Below, one piece after another: positions 1 to 8,893 of a stretch of DNA of 32,000 nucleotides; position 1 is the first letter of the stretch, and each line of letters begins with the position of its first letter. Both the position numbers and the translations under genes were made by a program. This DNA is from Candidatus Johnevansia muelleri (lineage in GTDB: Bacteria; Pseudomonadota; Gammaproteobacteria; Johnevansiales; Johnevansiaceae). Where the stretch lies: positions 150,001-182,000 of the forward strand of contig LM655252.1 of assembly GCA_000953435.1 (NCBI GenBank). Direction: 5' to 3'. The notes beneath the pieces are model-generated. The model had not been told where the DNA came from. It saw nothing but the letters and a program-made list of their open reading frames with translations, and made no database searches.

Positions 1-383
1 TGATATTTACGAGCGAGTTTTAAAGTATCCACTATAGTACAACTATTATGAATTTTCCATCCTTTATTTAAAATAGTAAATTCTTTCTCAATAAAATTAA
101 TATCAAACGAGGCATTATGAATTATTAACTCTGTACATTTTATGAATTCCCAAAATTTATCAGCGATCTTATAAAATACAGGCTCATTTAAAACTTTTTT
201 ATTAGTAATTCCATGAATTGCTATAGCTTCAGGTTCAATATTACACTCAGGATTGATATATTGGTGGTAGTATCTATCAGTAATACGTCGGTTAATTATT
301 TCAATAGCACCAATTTCTATAATTCTATGTCCTTGATTATGATCAAGACCTGTAGTTTCAGTATCTAAAACTATTTGTCTCAT
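1..383 (-). CDS. dnaQ: DNA polymerase III epsilon subunit (3'-5' proofreading exonuclease), N-terminal part; 3' end lies outside the window
   Basis: This gene is missing from the ORF track because it is open at the window edge. My reverse-strand translation from ATG (complement of 381-383) reads MRQIVLDTETTGLDHNQGHRIIEIGAIEIINRRITDRYYHQYINPECNIEPEAIAIHGIT...LIIHNASFDINFIEKEF...DTLKLARKY. It contains the ExoI motif DTETTG and the ExoII motif HNA(A/S)FD and is collinear with E. coli DnaQ. It starts 5 nt after the rnhA stop. Confidence 0.9.
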   Translation of the reverse strand, partial: MRQIVLDTETTGLDHNQGHRIIEIGAIEIINRRITDRYYHQYINPECNIEPEAIAIHGITNKKVLNEPVFYKIADKFWEFIKCTELIIHNASFDINFIEKEFTILNKGWKIHNSCTIVDTLKLARKY

Positions 384-388
384 ATTAT

Positions 389-832
389 TTACCATATTTT
401 AAATTCTTTAATAGCTTTATTTGCAAGCATATCTGCATATTCATTACCAGGATAACCTATATGACTTTTTAACCAGTGCCACACAATTTTGTGTTTTTTG
501 CAATATTTAAACAATTTTGTCCAAATTTCATAATTTTTTATTGGTTTATTATTAATATTTTTCCAATAACGTTTAATCCAATTATAAATCCATTTAGTAA
601 TACCATTACTAACATATTTAGAATCTGTCCAAATATGTACATAAGATGTTTTTGTAATTGCACATAAAGCATAAATAGCCGCAATAATTTCCATACGGTT
701 ATTAGTTGTATATTGCAAACTTCCTTTTAATTCTATATTATGATTTTTATGTAATATTATTACTCCCCAACCTCCTATCCCAGGATTACCTAGACAACCC
801 CCATCTATATAAATTTGGGTACTATTAATCAT
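389..832 (-). CDS. rnhA: Ribonuclease HI
   Basis: This is a 147-aa ORF collinear with E. coli RNase HI. The catalytic residues are in their usual contexts: IDGGCLGNPG (D10), TNNRME (E48), WTDSKY (D70) and NEYADMLA (D134). Confidence 0.95.
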   Translation of the reverse strand: MINSTQIYIDGGCLGNPGIGGWGVIILHKNHNIELKGSLQYTTNNRMEIIAAIYALCAITKTSYVHIWTDSKYVSNGITKWIYNWIKRYWKNINNKPIKNYEIWTKLFKYCKKHKIVWHWLKSHIGYPGNEYADMLANKAIKEFKIW

Positions 833-848
833 AATATAAAATTTTGTA

Positions 849-1334
849 TTATGTAATACTTAATTTACGTAACAATGACACCATTTCCATTGCTGCTATT
901 GCCGCTTCAATACCTTTATTTATAATTTTTGTTCCAGATCTTTCTATTGCTTGTTCAATTGTATTAACTGTTAAAACTCCATTAGTAATAGGCGTATCAA
1001 ATATAAGTTGTAATGAATTAATTGCACTATTACATTGACTATAAATTTGTTCAAAATGTGGTGTATCACCTATAATTATAGCACCAATTGCAATTATAGC
1101 ATCTGGTTTTAATATTTCTAAAATACGTTTTATAACTATGGGGAATTCCCAAGCCCCTGGTACATATATAATGTAAATGTTTTTTTTATCTACCCCATGT
1201 ATAAGTAGACTATTTATAGCACCTTTTATTAAGTTTTCAACAATAAAATAATTTACACGTCCACTGACAATTACATATCTTCCATTAACATCGAAAAGCT
1301 GTCCTTCAAATATATTATCTATTCTATTATACAT
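849..1334 (-). CDS. ribH: 6,7-dimethyl-8-ribityllumazine synthase
   Basis: This is a 161-aa ORF of typical RibH length. It carries lumazine synthase signatures: VPGAWEFP, AIGAIIIGDTPHFE, TNGVLTV and GTKIINKGIEAA. Confidence 0.93.
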   Translation of the reverse strand: MYNRIDNIFEGQLFDVNGRYVIVSGRVNYFIVENLIKGAINSLLIHGVDKKNIYIIYVPGAWEFPIVIKRILEILKPDAIIAIGAIIIGDTPHFEQIYSQCNSAINSLQLIFDTPITNGVLTVNTIEQAIERSGTKIINKGIEAAIAAMEMVSLLRKLSIT

Positions 1335-1871
1335 TTTTTTATTATAATTTTACATAATAAAAAAATAAACGTATTATAATTTATAAAAAATTTAATTTTA
1401 TACATTCATCGATATTTAATTAATTATTTTAGCAATTTTAATAGCGGTTTTTTTATAAAAAAAATTAAGTTATGTTAATAATTTAAAAAATTCGTAGTCA
1501 GTGTGTAAAAAATATGGCAGTGATTAATTATATAATTGATATTCCATAATGCATTTTTAGGCATCAATTGATATTGTGAATTTTGTATAAACCCGATAGT
1601 TATTTTATAGCATAATGTGCTATAAAATTAATATGTTTATCCAGTTCAGTTTAAAACAATACTTCATTACAATATTATTATGATGCTAAATACTATAGCA
1701 GATCAATATTAGCACATTTAGTTGGTTTTATTCCAATAATACCTGCAATTGAACGTGCCATAAGGTTATGTACTTCACACCTATACTGTCATCGTAATCA
1801 TTATGATAATTTTTGAAAATAGTATTTTTCATTTAAAATGATACTATAAATCAATGATATACTTATATTAT

Positions 1872-1956
1872 TACCAGTGGTCGGACTCGAACCGACATGA
1901 GATATTATCCCGGCGGATTTTGAATCCGCTGCGTATACCTATTTCGCCACACTGGC
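1872..1956 (-). tRNA. tRNA-Leu, anticodon CAA (type II, long variable arm); CCA not encoded
   Basis: The reverse-strand sequence is GCCAGTG-TG-GCG-AAATAGGTATA-CGC-A-GCGGA-TTCAAAA-TCCGC-CGGGATAATATCTCATG-GTCGG-TTCGAGT-CCGAC-CACTGGT-A. It folds by hand into a cloverleaf with a 7-bp acceptor stem (G1-U72 wobble) and a 3-bp D stem. The 5-bp anticodon stem has loop TTCAAAA (anticodon CAA). There is a 17-nt variable arm and a 5-bp T stem with a TTCGAGT loop. Confidence 0.9.
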
Positions 1957-2199
1957 TTTTTAAAAATTAATTGCAATATATCTTTACTTTGCTTAGATCG
2001 TGATAATATATTTTACATAAGCATTTTAATAATATTTTAGATTACCTATTTACTGTTGATATTATTGTTTTTAAGGATAATAATGCACGTTTGTACGGTA
2101 AAAAATATAAAGTAGATATATTATTGATCATTGTCATGCATTATTTTACTTACATTACTAAAATTTTAAAATAAAAGATAAATGATATAAGAATGGTTA

Positions 2200-3291
2200 A
2201 TGCGCTTTAGGCTATTATCTAAAATAGGACGTGCTCGTTATGGACAATTAATTTTTAATAGAGGTATAGTTGATACGCCTAATTTTATACCTGTAGGAAC
2301 TTATGGTGCTATAAAAGGGTTAAATCATGATGATTTAAATGCAGGAGGTGTAGAAATAATACTAAGTAATACATTCCACCTATTGCTTCGTCCAGGACTA
2401 AATTCAATTATAAAACATGGTGGTTTACATAATTTTATTCAATGGAAAAAACCAATTTTAACAGATTCAGGTGGATTCCAGGTATTTTCATTTGTAAATA
2501 TGATAAAAATTATTGAAGAAGGTGTATATTTTAACATTAATGGAAAAAACATTTTTATTGGCCCAGAGGAATCAGTATTAATTCAGCGTATACTGGGTTC
2601 AGATATTATTATGATTTTTGATTACTGTCCACCCTATCCTATGACATATAAAAACGCTAAAACGTCAATGGAACTTTCACTACGTTGGGCAAAACGTTCT
2701 CACTATGCACATGTAGGATCAAGATCTGCATTATTTGGTATTATTCAAGGAAGTATATATAGAAAATTACGAGAACGGTCACTATTAGGATTAATGGATA
2801 TTGGTTTTGATGGGTTAGCTATTGGAGGACTATCGGTTGGAGAACCGAAACAAGAGATGATAAAAGTTCTTAATTACTTACCAATGCTTATGCCTGATAA
2901 TAAACCTCGTTATTTGATGGGTGTTGGAAAACCTGAGGATTTGGTAGAAGGAGTGTGCAGGGGGATTGATATATTTGATTGTGTTATACCTACACGTAAT
3001 GCTAGAAATGGACACCTATATACATTTAAAGGTATAATAAATATACGCAACTCTAAACATAAACACTCTAATTTTACTGTAGAAAAGTATTGTGACTGTT
3101 ACACTTGTAAATATTTTTCACGTAGTTATCTACATCATTTATATCATTGTAAAGATATATTAGGAGCTAAACTAAATACTATTCATAACATTAGGTATTA
3201 TCAACGTCTAATGGCTAATTTGCGTAATGCAATTAAAAATGGAACATTAGACTATTTCGTTAGTGATTTTTATAAATGTAGAATGCATTAA
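2200..3291 (+). CDS. tgt: Queuine tRNA-ribosyltransferase
   Basis: This is a 363-aa ORF with TGT hallmarks: [32 protein letters not shown] and the Zn site [17 protein letters not shown]. Confidence 0.95.
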   Translation: MRFRLLSKIGRARYGQLIFNRGIVDTPNFIPVGTYGAIKGLNHDDLNAGGVEIILSNTFHLLLRPGLNSIIKHGGLHNFIQWKKPILTDSGGFQVFSFVNMIKIIEEGVYFNINGKNIFIGPEESVLIQRILGSDIIMIFDYCPPYPMTYKNAKTSMELSLRWAKRSHYAHVGSRSALFGIIQGSIYRKLRERSLLGLMDIGFDGLAIGGLSVGEPKQEMIKVLNYLPMLMPDNKPRYLMGVGKPEDLVEGVCRGIDIFDCVIPTRNARNGHLYTFKGIINIRNSKHKHSNFTVEKYCDCYTCKYFSRSYLHHLYHCKDILGAKLNTIHNIRYYQRLMANLRNAIKNGTLDYFVSDFYKCRMH

Positions 3292-3316
3292 AAATTATTA
3301 TTAATTGTAAATCAAT

Positions 3317-3655
3317 ATGCAGGATATCATGCCTAATATATTTATTACTTCTTATGCAGTTAACCATATAAATTGTGCTATAAAAAATCGCGGTACAGGG
3401 ATTGGTATACGTATTTCAATAAAGCCTAGTGGATGTTCAGGATATAGTTATAATATTGATTTTGCTGATTACATAAATAAATATGATTATATATTTGAAC
3501 AATATGGTGCTAAAATTATTGTGGATTATAATATTATAGGTATTTTAGATTTTACAGAACTAGACTATGTAATTAAAGGAATAACACATTCATTTAAATT
3601 TAATAATCCTAATATTAAAGATGAGTGTGGTTGTGGAGAAAGTTTTAGTATTTAA
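3317..3655 (+). CDS. iscA: A-type iron-sulfur cluster carrier (IscA/ErpA family, closest to IscA by eye)
   Basis: The matches to E. coli IscA are [22 protein letters not shown] ([22 protein letters not shown]) and the C-terminal [20 protein letters not shown] ([20 protein letters not shown]). The in-frame ATG at 3329 would give a more IscA-like length, so the start is uncertain. Confidence 0.8.
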   Translation: [112 protein letters not shown]

Positions 3656-3687
3656 AAATTTAATTATAATTTTAAATAAAAATACCA

Positions 3688-4755
3688 ATGATTAATATAT
3701 TAGGTTTATGTTATGAAGAAATGAGTGATTTATTTTATAGAATTGGTGAAAAAACATATCATGCCACACAATTAGTTAGGTGGATTCATTATGCTGGCAT
3801 AATTAAATTTGAAAAAATGACAAATTTATCTAATACACTGCGAAAGAAATTAATACAAATTGCATATATATTTGTTCCTAAACTTTATTATGAATATAAA
3901 TCTAAAGATGGTACACGTAAATTTATAATAGAAACTAATAGCGGTAGTTTTATAGAAATGGTTTTAATTCCGGACAAATATAAGAATCGTATAACATTAT
4001 GTATTTCATCACAATCAGGTTGTTCTATTAAATGTAGTTTCTGTTCAACTGGAAAACAAGGTTTAGATGGAAATTTAAGTAGTGCTGAGATAATTGGACA
4101 ATTTTGGATTGCTAAACATATTATTAATTCAAAAATTACAAATGTGGTTATGATGGGGATGGGTGAGCCACTAATGAATTTTAGACCATTAATATCATCG
4201 ATTAATATTATGCTTTATAAAAATGCTTATTGTATATCTAAGCGACGTATTACAATTTCTACATCTGGCGTAGTACCAATGATTGATCTTTTAGGAAAAT
4301 ATTTAGATATTAATCTAGCAATATCTTTACATGCATCAAATGATGCAATACGTAATACATTAGTTCCAATTAATAGAAAGTATAACATTCAATCTTTAAT
4401 TGATGCAGGTAATAGATATTTGAGAAAGTGTAGTGCTAGGATGATTACAATAGAGTACATTTTAATTAGAGGAATAAATGATCAAAATAAACATGCAAAT
4501 GAACTGGCTAAATTATTAAAAAAAATTAAGTGTAAAATAAATTTAATTCAATTTAATAAAATTAAAAATTCAAGATATGAATCGCCAGTTTATAAAGAAG
4601 TACTTCGTTTTCAATCATTGCTTTATAAGCATGGATACAATGCTACTTTACGTGTAATAAGAGGTCTTGATATTAATGCTGCTTGTGGCCAACTTGTAGG
4701 AAATATAAAATATCGAACAGATCGTAAAAATATGTATAATATTAATAATAATTAA
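3688..4755 (+). CDS. rlmN: 23S rRNA (A2503-C2)/tRNA methyltransferase, radical SAM
   Basis: This is a 355-aa ORF. It has the radical-SAM cysteine box CSIKCSFCSTGKQG, the motifs MGMGEPL and SLHA, and the C-terminal catalytic GxDINAACGQL. Confidence 0.93.
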   Translation: MINILGLCYEEMSDLFYRIGEKTYHATQLVRWIHYAGIIKFEKMTNLSNTLRKKLIQIAYIFVPKLYYEYKSKDGTRKFIIETNSGSFIEMVLIPDKYKNRITLCISSQSGCSIKCSFCSTGKQGLDGNLSSAEIIGQFWIAKHIINSKITNVVMMGMGEPLMNFRPLISSINIMLYKNAYCISKRRITISTSGVVPMIDLLGKYLDINLAISLHASNDAIRNTLVPINRKYNIQSLIDAGNRYLRKCSARMITIEYILIRGINDQNKHANELAKLLKKIKCKINLIQFNKIKNSRYESPVYKEVLRFQSLLYKHGYNATLRVIRGLDINAACGQLVGNIKYRTDRKNMYNINNN

Positions 4756-4778
4756 TTTTATTGAATGCATTAAATATT

Positions 4779-4807
4779 TTGACAATTGTCTTATTTTTAT
4801 TTAGTAT
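4779..4807 (+). promoter_or_regulatory. Candidate sigma70-type promoter upstream of hisS
   Basis: A perfect -35 hexamer TTGACA (4779-4784) is followed by a 17-nt spacer and TAGTAT (4802-4807). It lies in the rlmN-hisS spacer about 50 nt upstream of the hisS TTG start. This is hexamer matching only, and -10-like strings are very common in AT-rich DNA. Confidence 0.25.
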
Positions 4808-4859
4808 ATACGATAATTATCATAAATTATATTCTCTAGTAACAGTTTAGGAGTAACTA

Positions 4860-6143
4860 TTGAGTAATAATATACAATCCATTAGAGGCATGAATGACCT
4901 GCTACCTGAGCAATCTTTAATATGGCAGTATGTTGAAATGCAGCTAAGATTGCTTGTTTCTAGCTATGGTTATTTAGAAATACGAACTCCTATAATTGAA
5001 AAAACAGCACTATTCAATAGATCTATTGGTAAGTATACAGATATAGTTGAAAAGGAAATGTATACTTTTAAAGATCGCAATGACGTAAGTATCTCATTAC
5101 GCCCTGAAAATACTGCTGCAGTGCTTAGAGCAGCAATTGTACATGGGCTATTGCATAAGACTCAGCGTTTATGGTATATGGGTCCGATGTTTCGCTATGA
5201 ACGTCCTCAAAAAGGACGCTATCGTCAATTTCATCAGTTTGGTATAGAGACTTTTAATATGGAAGGTCCAGATATAGATGCTGAACTTATTATTATTTCA
5301 TATAGATTATGGAAAATACTAGGATTGTCTGACTATGTTACATTAGAATTAAACTCATTAGGTTCAAAAGAATCATTAAAAGCTTATAGTTATGATCTAG
5401 TATCCTATCTTAAAAGCAATAAGAATCATTTAGATGATGAGTCTATACGTAGAATTAATATCAATCCATTGCGATTGTTAGATAGTAAAAATCCTGATAT
5501 TGTAAAAATATTAAAAGGTATTCCTTCTTTATTAGATTATATTGATAAAAAATCTGCTGCACACTTTGATCTTTTAAAAACATTACTTAATGATTATGGA
5601 ATTAAATACCGTATTAATCCTTATTTAGTTAGAGGATTAGACTATTACTCACGTACTGTTTTTGAATGGACAACTATGGGGATAGGTAGCAAGATCGCAA
5701 TATGCGCAGGGGGCCGTTATGATAATTTGGTAGAAGAAATGAGTGGAAAAACTGCGCCAGCTGCTGGATTTGCAATAGGTATAGAGCGGTTAATATTATT
5801 GCTTAAAAGTTTTAATCTTATTCCCATTTATACTAGTAAAAATATTGATATTTATATTACAACTTTAGGTGATCGTGCAAAGCGTAATTCTATAAATTTA
5901 GCTGACAAATTACGTGATTCCCTACCATATATACGTTTACAGATACACTGGGGAAAAGAAAATTTGAAAAAACAACTTAAGAAAGCTGATATTAGTAAAG
6001 CATATCTTGCCATTATAATTGGAAAAGAAGAGTGTGAAACAGCTACTGTTATTATCAAGTATTTACGCGAAGAACGTGAACAACAAACTATTTCTCAATC
6101 TTCTCTAGTAGATCATTTACAAAGAATTTTTTTAAAGGTTTAA
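4860..6143 (+). CDS. hisS: Histidine--tRNA ligase
   Basis: This is a 427-aa ORF with a TTG start at 4860, preceded by AGGAG (4849-4853) at 6-nt spacing. The N-terminus SNNIQSIRGMNDLLPEQS matches E. coli AKNIQAIRGMNDYLPGET. Class II motifs are present: FRYERPQKGRYRQFHQ and GGRYD. Confidence 0.95.
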   Translation: MSNNIQSIRGMNDLLPEQSLIWQYVEMQLRLLVSSYGYLEIRTPIIEKTALFNRSIGKYTDIVEKEMYTFKDRNDVSISLRPENTAAVLRAAIVHGLLHKTQRLWYMGPMFRYERPQKGRYRQFHQFGIETFNMEGPDIDAELIIISYRLWKILGLSDYVTLELNSLGSKESLKAYSYDLVSYLKSNKNHLDDESIRRININPLRLLDSKNPDIVKILKGIPSLLDYIDKKSAAHFDLLKTLLNDYGIKYRINPYLVRGLDYYSRTVFEWTTMGIGSKIAICAGGRYDNLVEEMSGKTAPAAGFAIGIERLILLLKSFNLIPIYTSKNIDIYITTLGDRAKRNSINLADKLRDSLPYIRLQIHWGKENLKKQLKKADISKAYLAIIIGKEECETATVIIKYLREEREQQTISQSSLVDHLQRIFLKV

Positions 6144-6170
6144 ATTATATATTTAACAAATTAGTATTTT

Positions 6171-7484
6171 ATGAATAAATTACTAAAACCTGTAATTGCT
6201 ATTATTGGTAGACATAATGTAGGAAAATCCACACTTTTTAATTTAATTACTAATTCTAGAAATGCTATAGTTGATAAATTTCCAGGATTAACACGTGATC
6301 GTAATTATGGCACTGGTATTATTAATAGAAAATATTTTACGATTATAGATACATGTGGGATTGAATTTTTAAATTGTTGTATATATGAACAAACTGAATT
6401 TGCAATAGCTGAAGCAAATATAATACTATTTTTAGTAGATGCAAAATTAGGTGTTACACCATATGATGAGGAAATTGCAAAATATCTTCGTATTAAAGAA
6501 AAAAATACATGGTTGGTAGTAAATAAGATAGATTGTTTATTAGAAGAAACTGTTATATTAGATTTTTTTTCAATTGGTATTGGACATCCTTATCCTATAT
6601 CTGCATCACAAGGACGCAATGTTAATAAGTTAATGAAAAGAGTACTTGAACCATTTTATTCCGAAAAACAAATACATAATAAAAATGATATAATACATAT
6701 TGGGATTATTGGCAGACAGAATGTTGGAAAATCTACATTGATTAACTGTTTACTTGGTGAAAATAGAATGCTTGTATTAAATAAATATGGAACAACTAGA
6801 GATGCAATTAAAATTAATTTAGAATACAATGGTAAAAAATATGTTTTTTTTGATACAGCTGGTATTTGTAAACGTAGTACAAATATACTAGAAAAATTAT
6901 CTATACTTAAAACTATTGATATAGTAAAGTATTGTAATGTTGTTATTATGGTATTAGATGCACAATTAGGAGTAGTAAATCAAGACTTACATATATTGAA
7001 TTATATATTAGAATCTGGAAGTGCGGTTGTAATAGTTGTTAACAAATGGGATAAAATAAATAATAAAAATAAAAAATGCATAGAAATACGAAATAGTATA
7101 GGATTTAATTACGGCGCTGATTTACATTTTATTTCGGCATTACATAATACAACAGTAAAAAATATCTATCCATCGATAGAGCGCACTTTTAAAAGTACAA
7201 ATTCACAATGGACAACCCATTGCTTAACTACTATATTAAAAATCGCTGTGAATGAACACCAGCCACCTATAGTATCTGGTCGTAGAATTAAGTTACGCCT
7301 AGCTCATCAGGGAGGAATTAATCCTCCTATAATTATTTTGCATGGTAGGCAAACAAAATTTTTACCCCAATATTATAAACGTTATATAATTAATACATAT
7401 TGTAAAGCACTTAAAATAATAGGAACTCCTATTAGATTTGAGTATCGATCTAATATAACTCCATATGTTATTAACAAAAATTAG
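6171..7484 (+). CDS. der: Ribosome-associated GTPase Der/EngA (tandem GTPase domains)
   Basis: There are two G domains. The first has GRHNVGKSTLFN, DTCG and NKID. The second has GRQNVGKSTLIN, DTAG and NKWD. A KH-like C-terminal domain follows. Confidence 0.95.
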   Translation: MNKLLKPVIAIIGRHNVGKSTLFNLITNSRNAIVDKFPGLTRDRNYGTGIINRKYFTIIDTCGIEFLNCCIYEQTEFAIAEANIILFLVDAKLGVTPYDEEIAKYLRIKEKNTWLVVNKIDCLLEETVILDFFSIGIGHPYPISASQGRNVNKLMKRVLEPFYSEKQIHNKNDIIHIGIIGRQNVGKSTLINCLLGENRMLVLNKYGTTRDAIKINLEYNGKKYVFFDTAGICKRSTNILEKLSILKTIDIVKYCNVVIMVLDAQLGVVNQDLHILNYILESGSAVVIVVNKWDKINNKNKKCIEIRNSIGFNYGADLHFISALHNTTVKNIYPSIERTFKSTNSQWTTHCLTTILKIAVNEHQPPIVSGRRIKLRLAHQGGINPPIIILHGRQTKFLPQYYKRYIINTYCKALKIIGTPIRFEYRSNITPYVINKN

Positions 7485-8319
7485 TATTATTTTTATTAAT
7501 TTCCAATCTAATTGCTTTATGAATATCTATAGTGTTAGGGCGTTTGTTATGCCATAAAAAAAAAGACTCGGCAGCTTGTTCTATTAACATACCTAGTCCA
7601 TCGAAAGTTAATGCACCGTTGTTTTGAGCCCATTTATTGAAAACAGTCTGAGTACTTGCATATGTCATGTCGTAAGCAATAGCACCTTTTTTAATTATAT
7701 TTTTGTGTATACATGGAAGCTTTCCTGATAAACTTGCGCTTGTTCCATTAATTAGTATATCGAATACCCCGTATAGCTGATCTAACCCCCCTCCTTCTAA
7801 AAAAGTAGAATGCGGTTTAATAATAGAGAAGTATTTTGCTAAAGCTTTGCCCTTTGAAGCAGTACGATTAGATATAAATATATATCTTGGTTTTTCATCA
7901 ATTAATGGTTGTATTATACTACGAACGGCACCACCAGCGCCAATTATAGCAATACGTTTTGATTTCAATTTAATACCCAGTCTCTTTAAATCACGCACTA
8001 GTCCTACCCCATCAGTTGTGTCACCATATACACGTCCATCATATCCAACAAATAATGTATTTATAGTACCTGATAGATAAGCTCTGTAGCTTATTATATC
8101 TGCCAAATTAATAGCTTTCTGTTTAAAAGGTACTGTTACATTTGCTCCAATCCCACCATCATTACGAAAAATATCCCATGCTTCATATAAACTATCTATT
8201 TTAACAAATCGTGCTTCGTATATAATAGATTCATTAAATTGTTTTGCAAAAGCTTTATGTATTAAAGGAGATCTAGAATGTTTTATGGGATTACCAAATA
8301 CACAAAAAATATTTTTCAC
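7471..8319 (-). CDS. aroE: Shikimate 5-dehydrogenase
   Basis: This is a 282-aa ORF with VFGNPIKHSRSPLIH, GANVTVPFK, NTDGVG and the NADP glycine loop GAGGAVR. It is collinear with E. coli AroE. Confidence 0.9.
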   Translation of the reverse strand: MKNIFCVFGNPIKHSRSPLIHKAFAKQFNESIIYEARFVKIDSLYEAWDIFRNDGGIGANVTVPFKQKAINLADIISYRAYLSGTINTLFVGYDGRVYGDTTDGVGLVRDLKRLGIKLKSKRIAIIGAGGAVRSIIQPLIDEKPRYIFISNRTASKGKALAKYFSIIKPHSTFLEGGGLDQLYGVFDILINGTSASLSGKLPCIHKNIIKKGAIAYDMTYASTQTVFNKWAQNNGALTFDGLGMLIEQAAESFFLWHNKRPNTIDIHKAIRLEINKNNTNFC

Positions 8320-8395
8320 AATAATTCCTAATAAATATATTCTATATAAATGATTATTTATTGCTTATTACAATAAAAGCATTATTGTAAATTTA

Positions 8396-8890
8396 ATGTC
8401 AAATAGTGAGATTATAAAATATCCAAATTATAATCTACGTAAATTTGGAAAATCAGTTAAAAATATAGACAATGAAATACAAATATTATTAGAAAAAATG
8501 TTAAATATTATGTATACAGAAAAAGGTATTGGGCTTGCTGCAAATCAAATAAATAAAATTTTACGCATTATCATAATAAATATCAGTAAAAACCCAATAT
8601 TATTGATTAACCCAATATATTATATTATTGATGATGAATGCGAATTTACTCCAGAGGGATGTTTATCTATTCCTGATTATTATGCGGCTATACCTAGAGC
8701 ATTAAAAATATGGGCTTATGGTATAGGTAAAAATAGTGAAAATATCGAAATTATGAATGAGGGAATAATAGCACGTTGTATACAACACGAAATAGATCAC
8801 ATTGATGGAAAAATTTTTATTGATTATCTTTCATCATTTAAAAGAGAGTATATTAAAAAAAAATTGCATAAACGTAAAAATTTGCACTAA
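8396..8890 (+). CDS. def: Peptide deformylase
   Basis: All three PDF motifs are intact: GIGLAANQ, EGCLSIP and QHEIDH. Confidence 0.93.
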   Translation: MSNSEIIKYPNYNLRKFGKSVKNIDNEIQILLEKMLNIMYTEKGIGLAANQINKILRIIIINISKNPILLINPIYYIIDDECEFTPEGCLSIPDYYAAIPRALKIWAYGIGKNSENIEIMNEGIIARCIQHEIDHIDGKIFIDYLSSFKREYIKKKLHKRKNLH

Positions 8891-8893
8891 ATT

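Noticed and set aside
476-667. This is one of 14 short or medium ORFs in the six-frame track that lie antisense inside well-supported genes. They are 476-667+, 844-1038+, 5852-6058-, 7847-8080+, 11076-11321-, 11953-12375+, 14771-14971+, 15512-15712+, 16464-16676+, 20933-21385-, 21572-21802+, 24324-24557-, 28524-28754+ and 29052-29261+.
   Set aside because: Each is wholly embedded opposite a longer ORF with strong, motif-level homology. Their translations are low-complexity (Ile/Phe/Leu/Asn-rich) with no recognisable motifs. Such shadow ORFs are expected opposite AT-rich coding sequence.
1335-1500. FMN riboswitch (RFN element) upstream of ribH on the minus strand.
   Set aside because: The region is almost pure A/T and lacks the G-rich conserved RFN core. 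No convincing multi-stem structure can be drawn.
1602-1628. A perfect 11-bp inverted repeat (ATTTTATAGCA-TAATG-TGCTATAAAAT) as an intrinsic terminator or ncRNA hairpin.
   Set aside because: The stem is almost entirely A/T and there is no flanking U-run on either strand. It lies far from any gene end. It is recorded only as part of the non-coding island.
1335-2199. Replication origin: a long AT-rich spacer at a divergent strand switch, with a perfect match to the DnaA-box consensus TTWTNCACA (complement of 1502-1510) and a few 7/9 matches.
   Set aside because: A single consensus match is close to chance expectation in this composition. There is no cluster of boxes, no dnaA/dnaN/gidA context, and gene orientation further right is mixed rather than co-oriented. 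Whole-genome GC-skew analysis would be needed.
8368-8390. A 9-bp inverted repeat (TTACAATAA-AAGCA-TTATTGTAA) just upstream of the def start, as a regulatory hairpin or operator.
   Set aside because: It is an all-A/T stem of marginal stability. Palindromes of this kind are frequent by chance in such AT-rich spacers, and there is no supporting conservation evidence.
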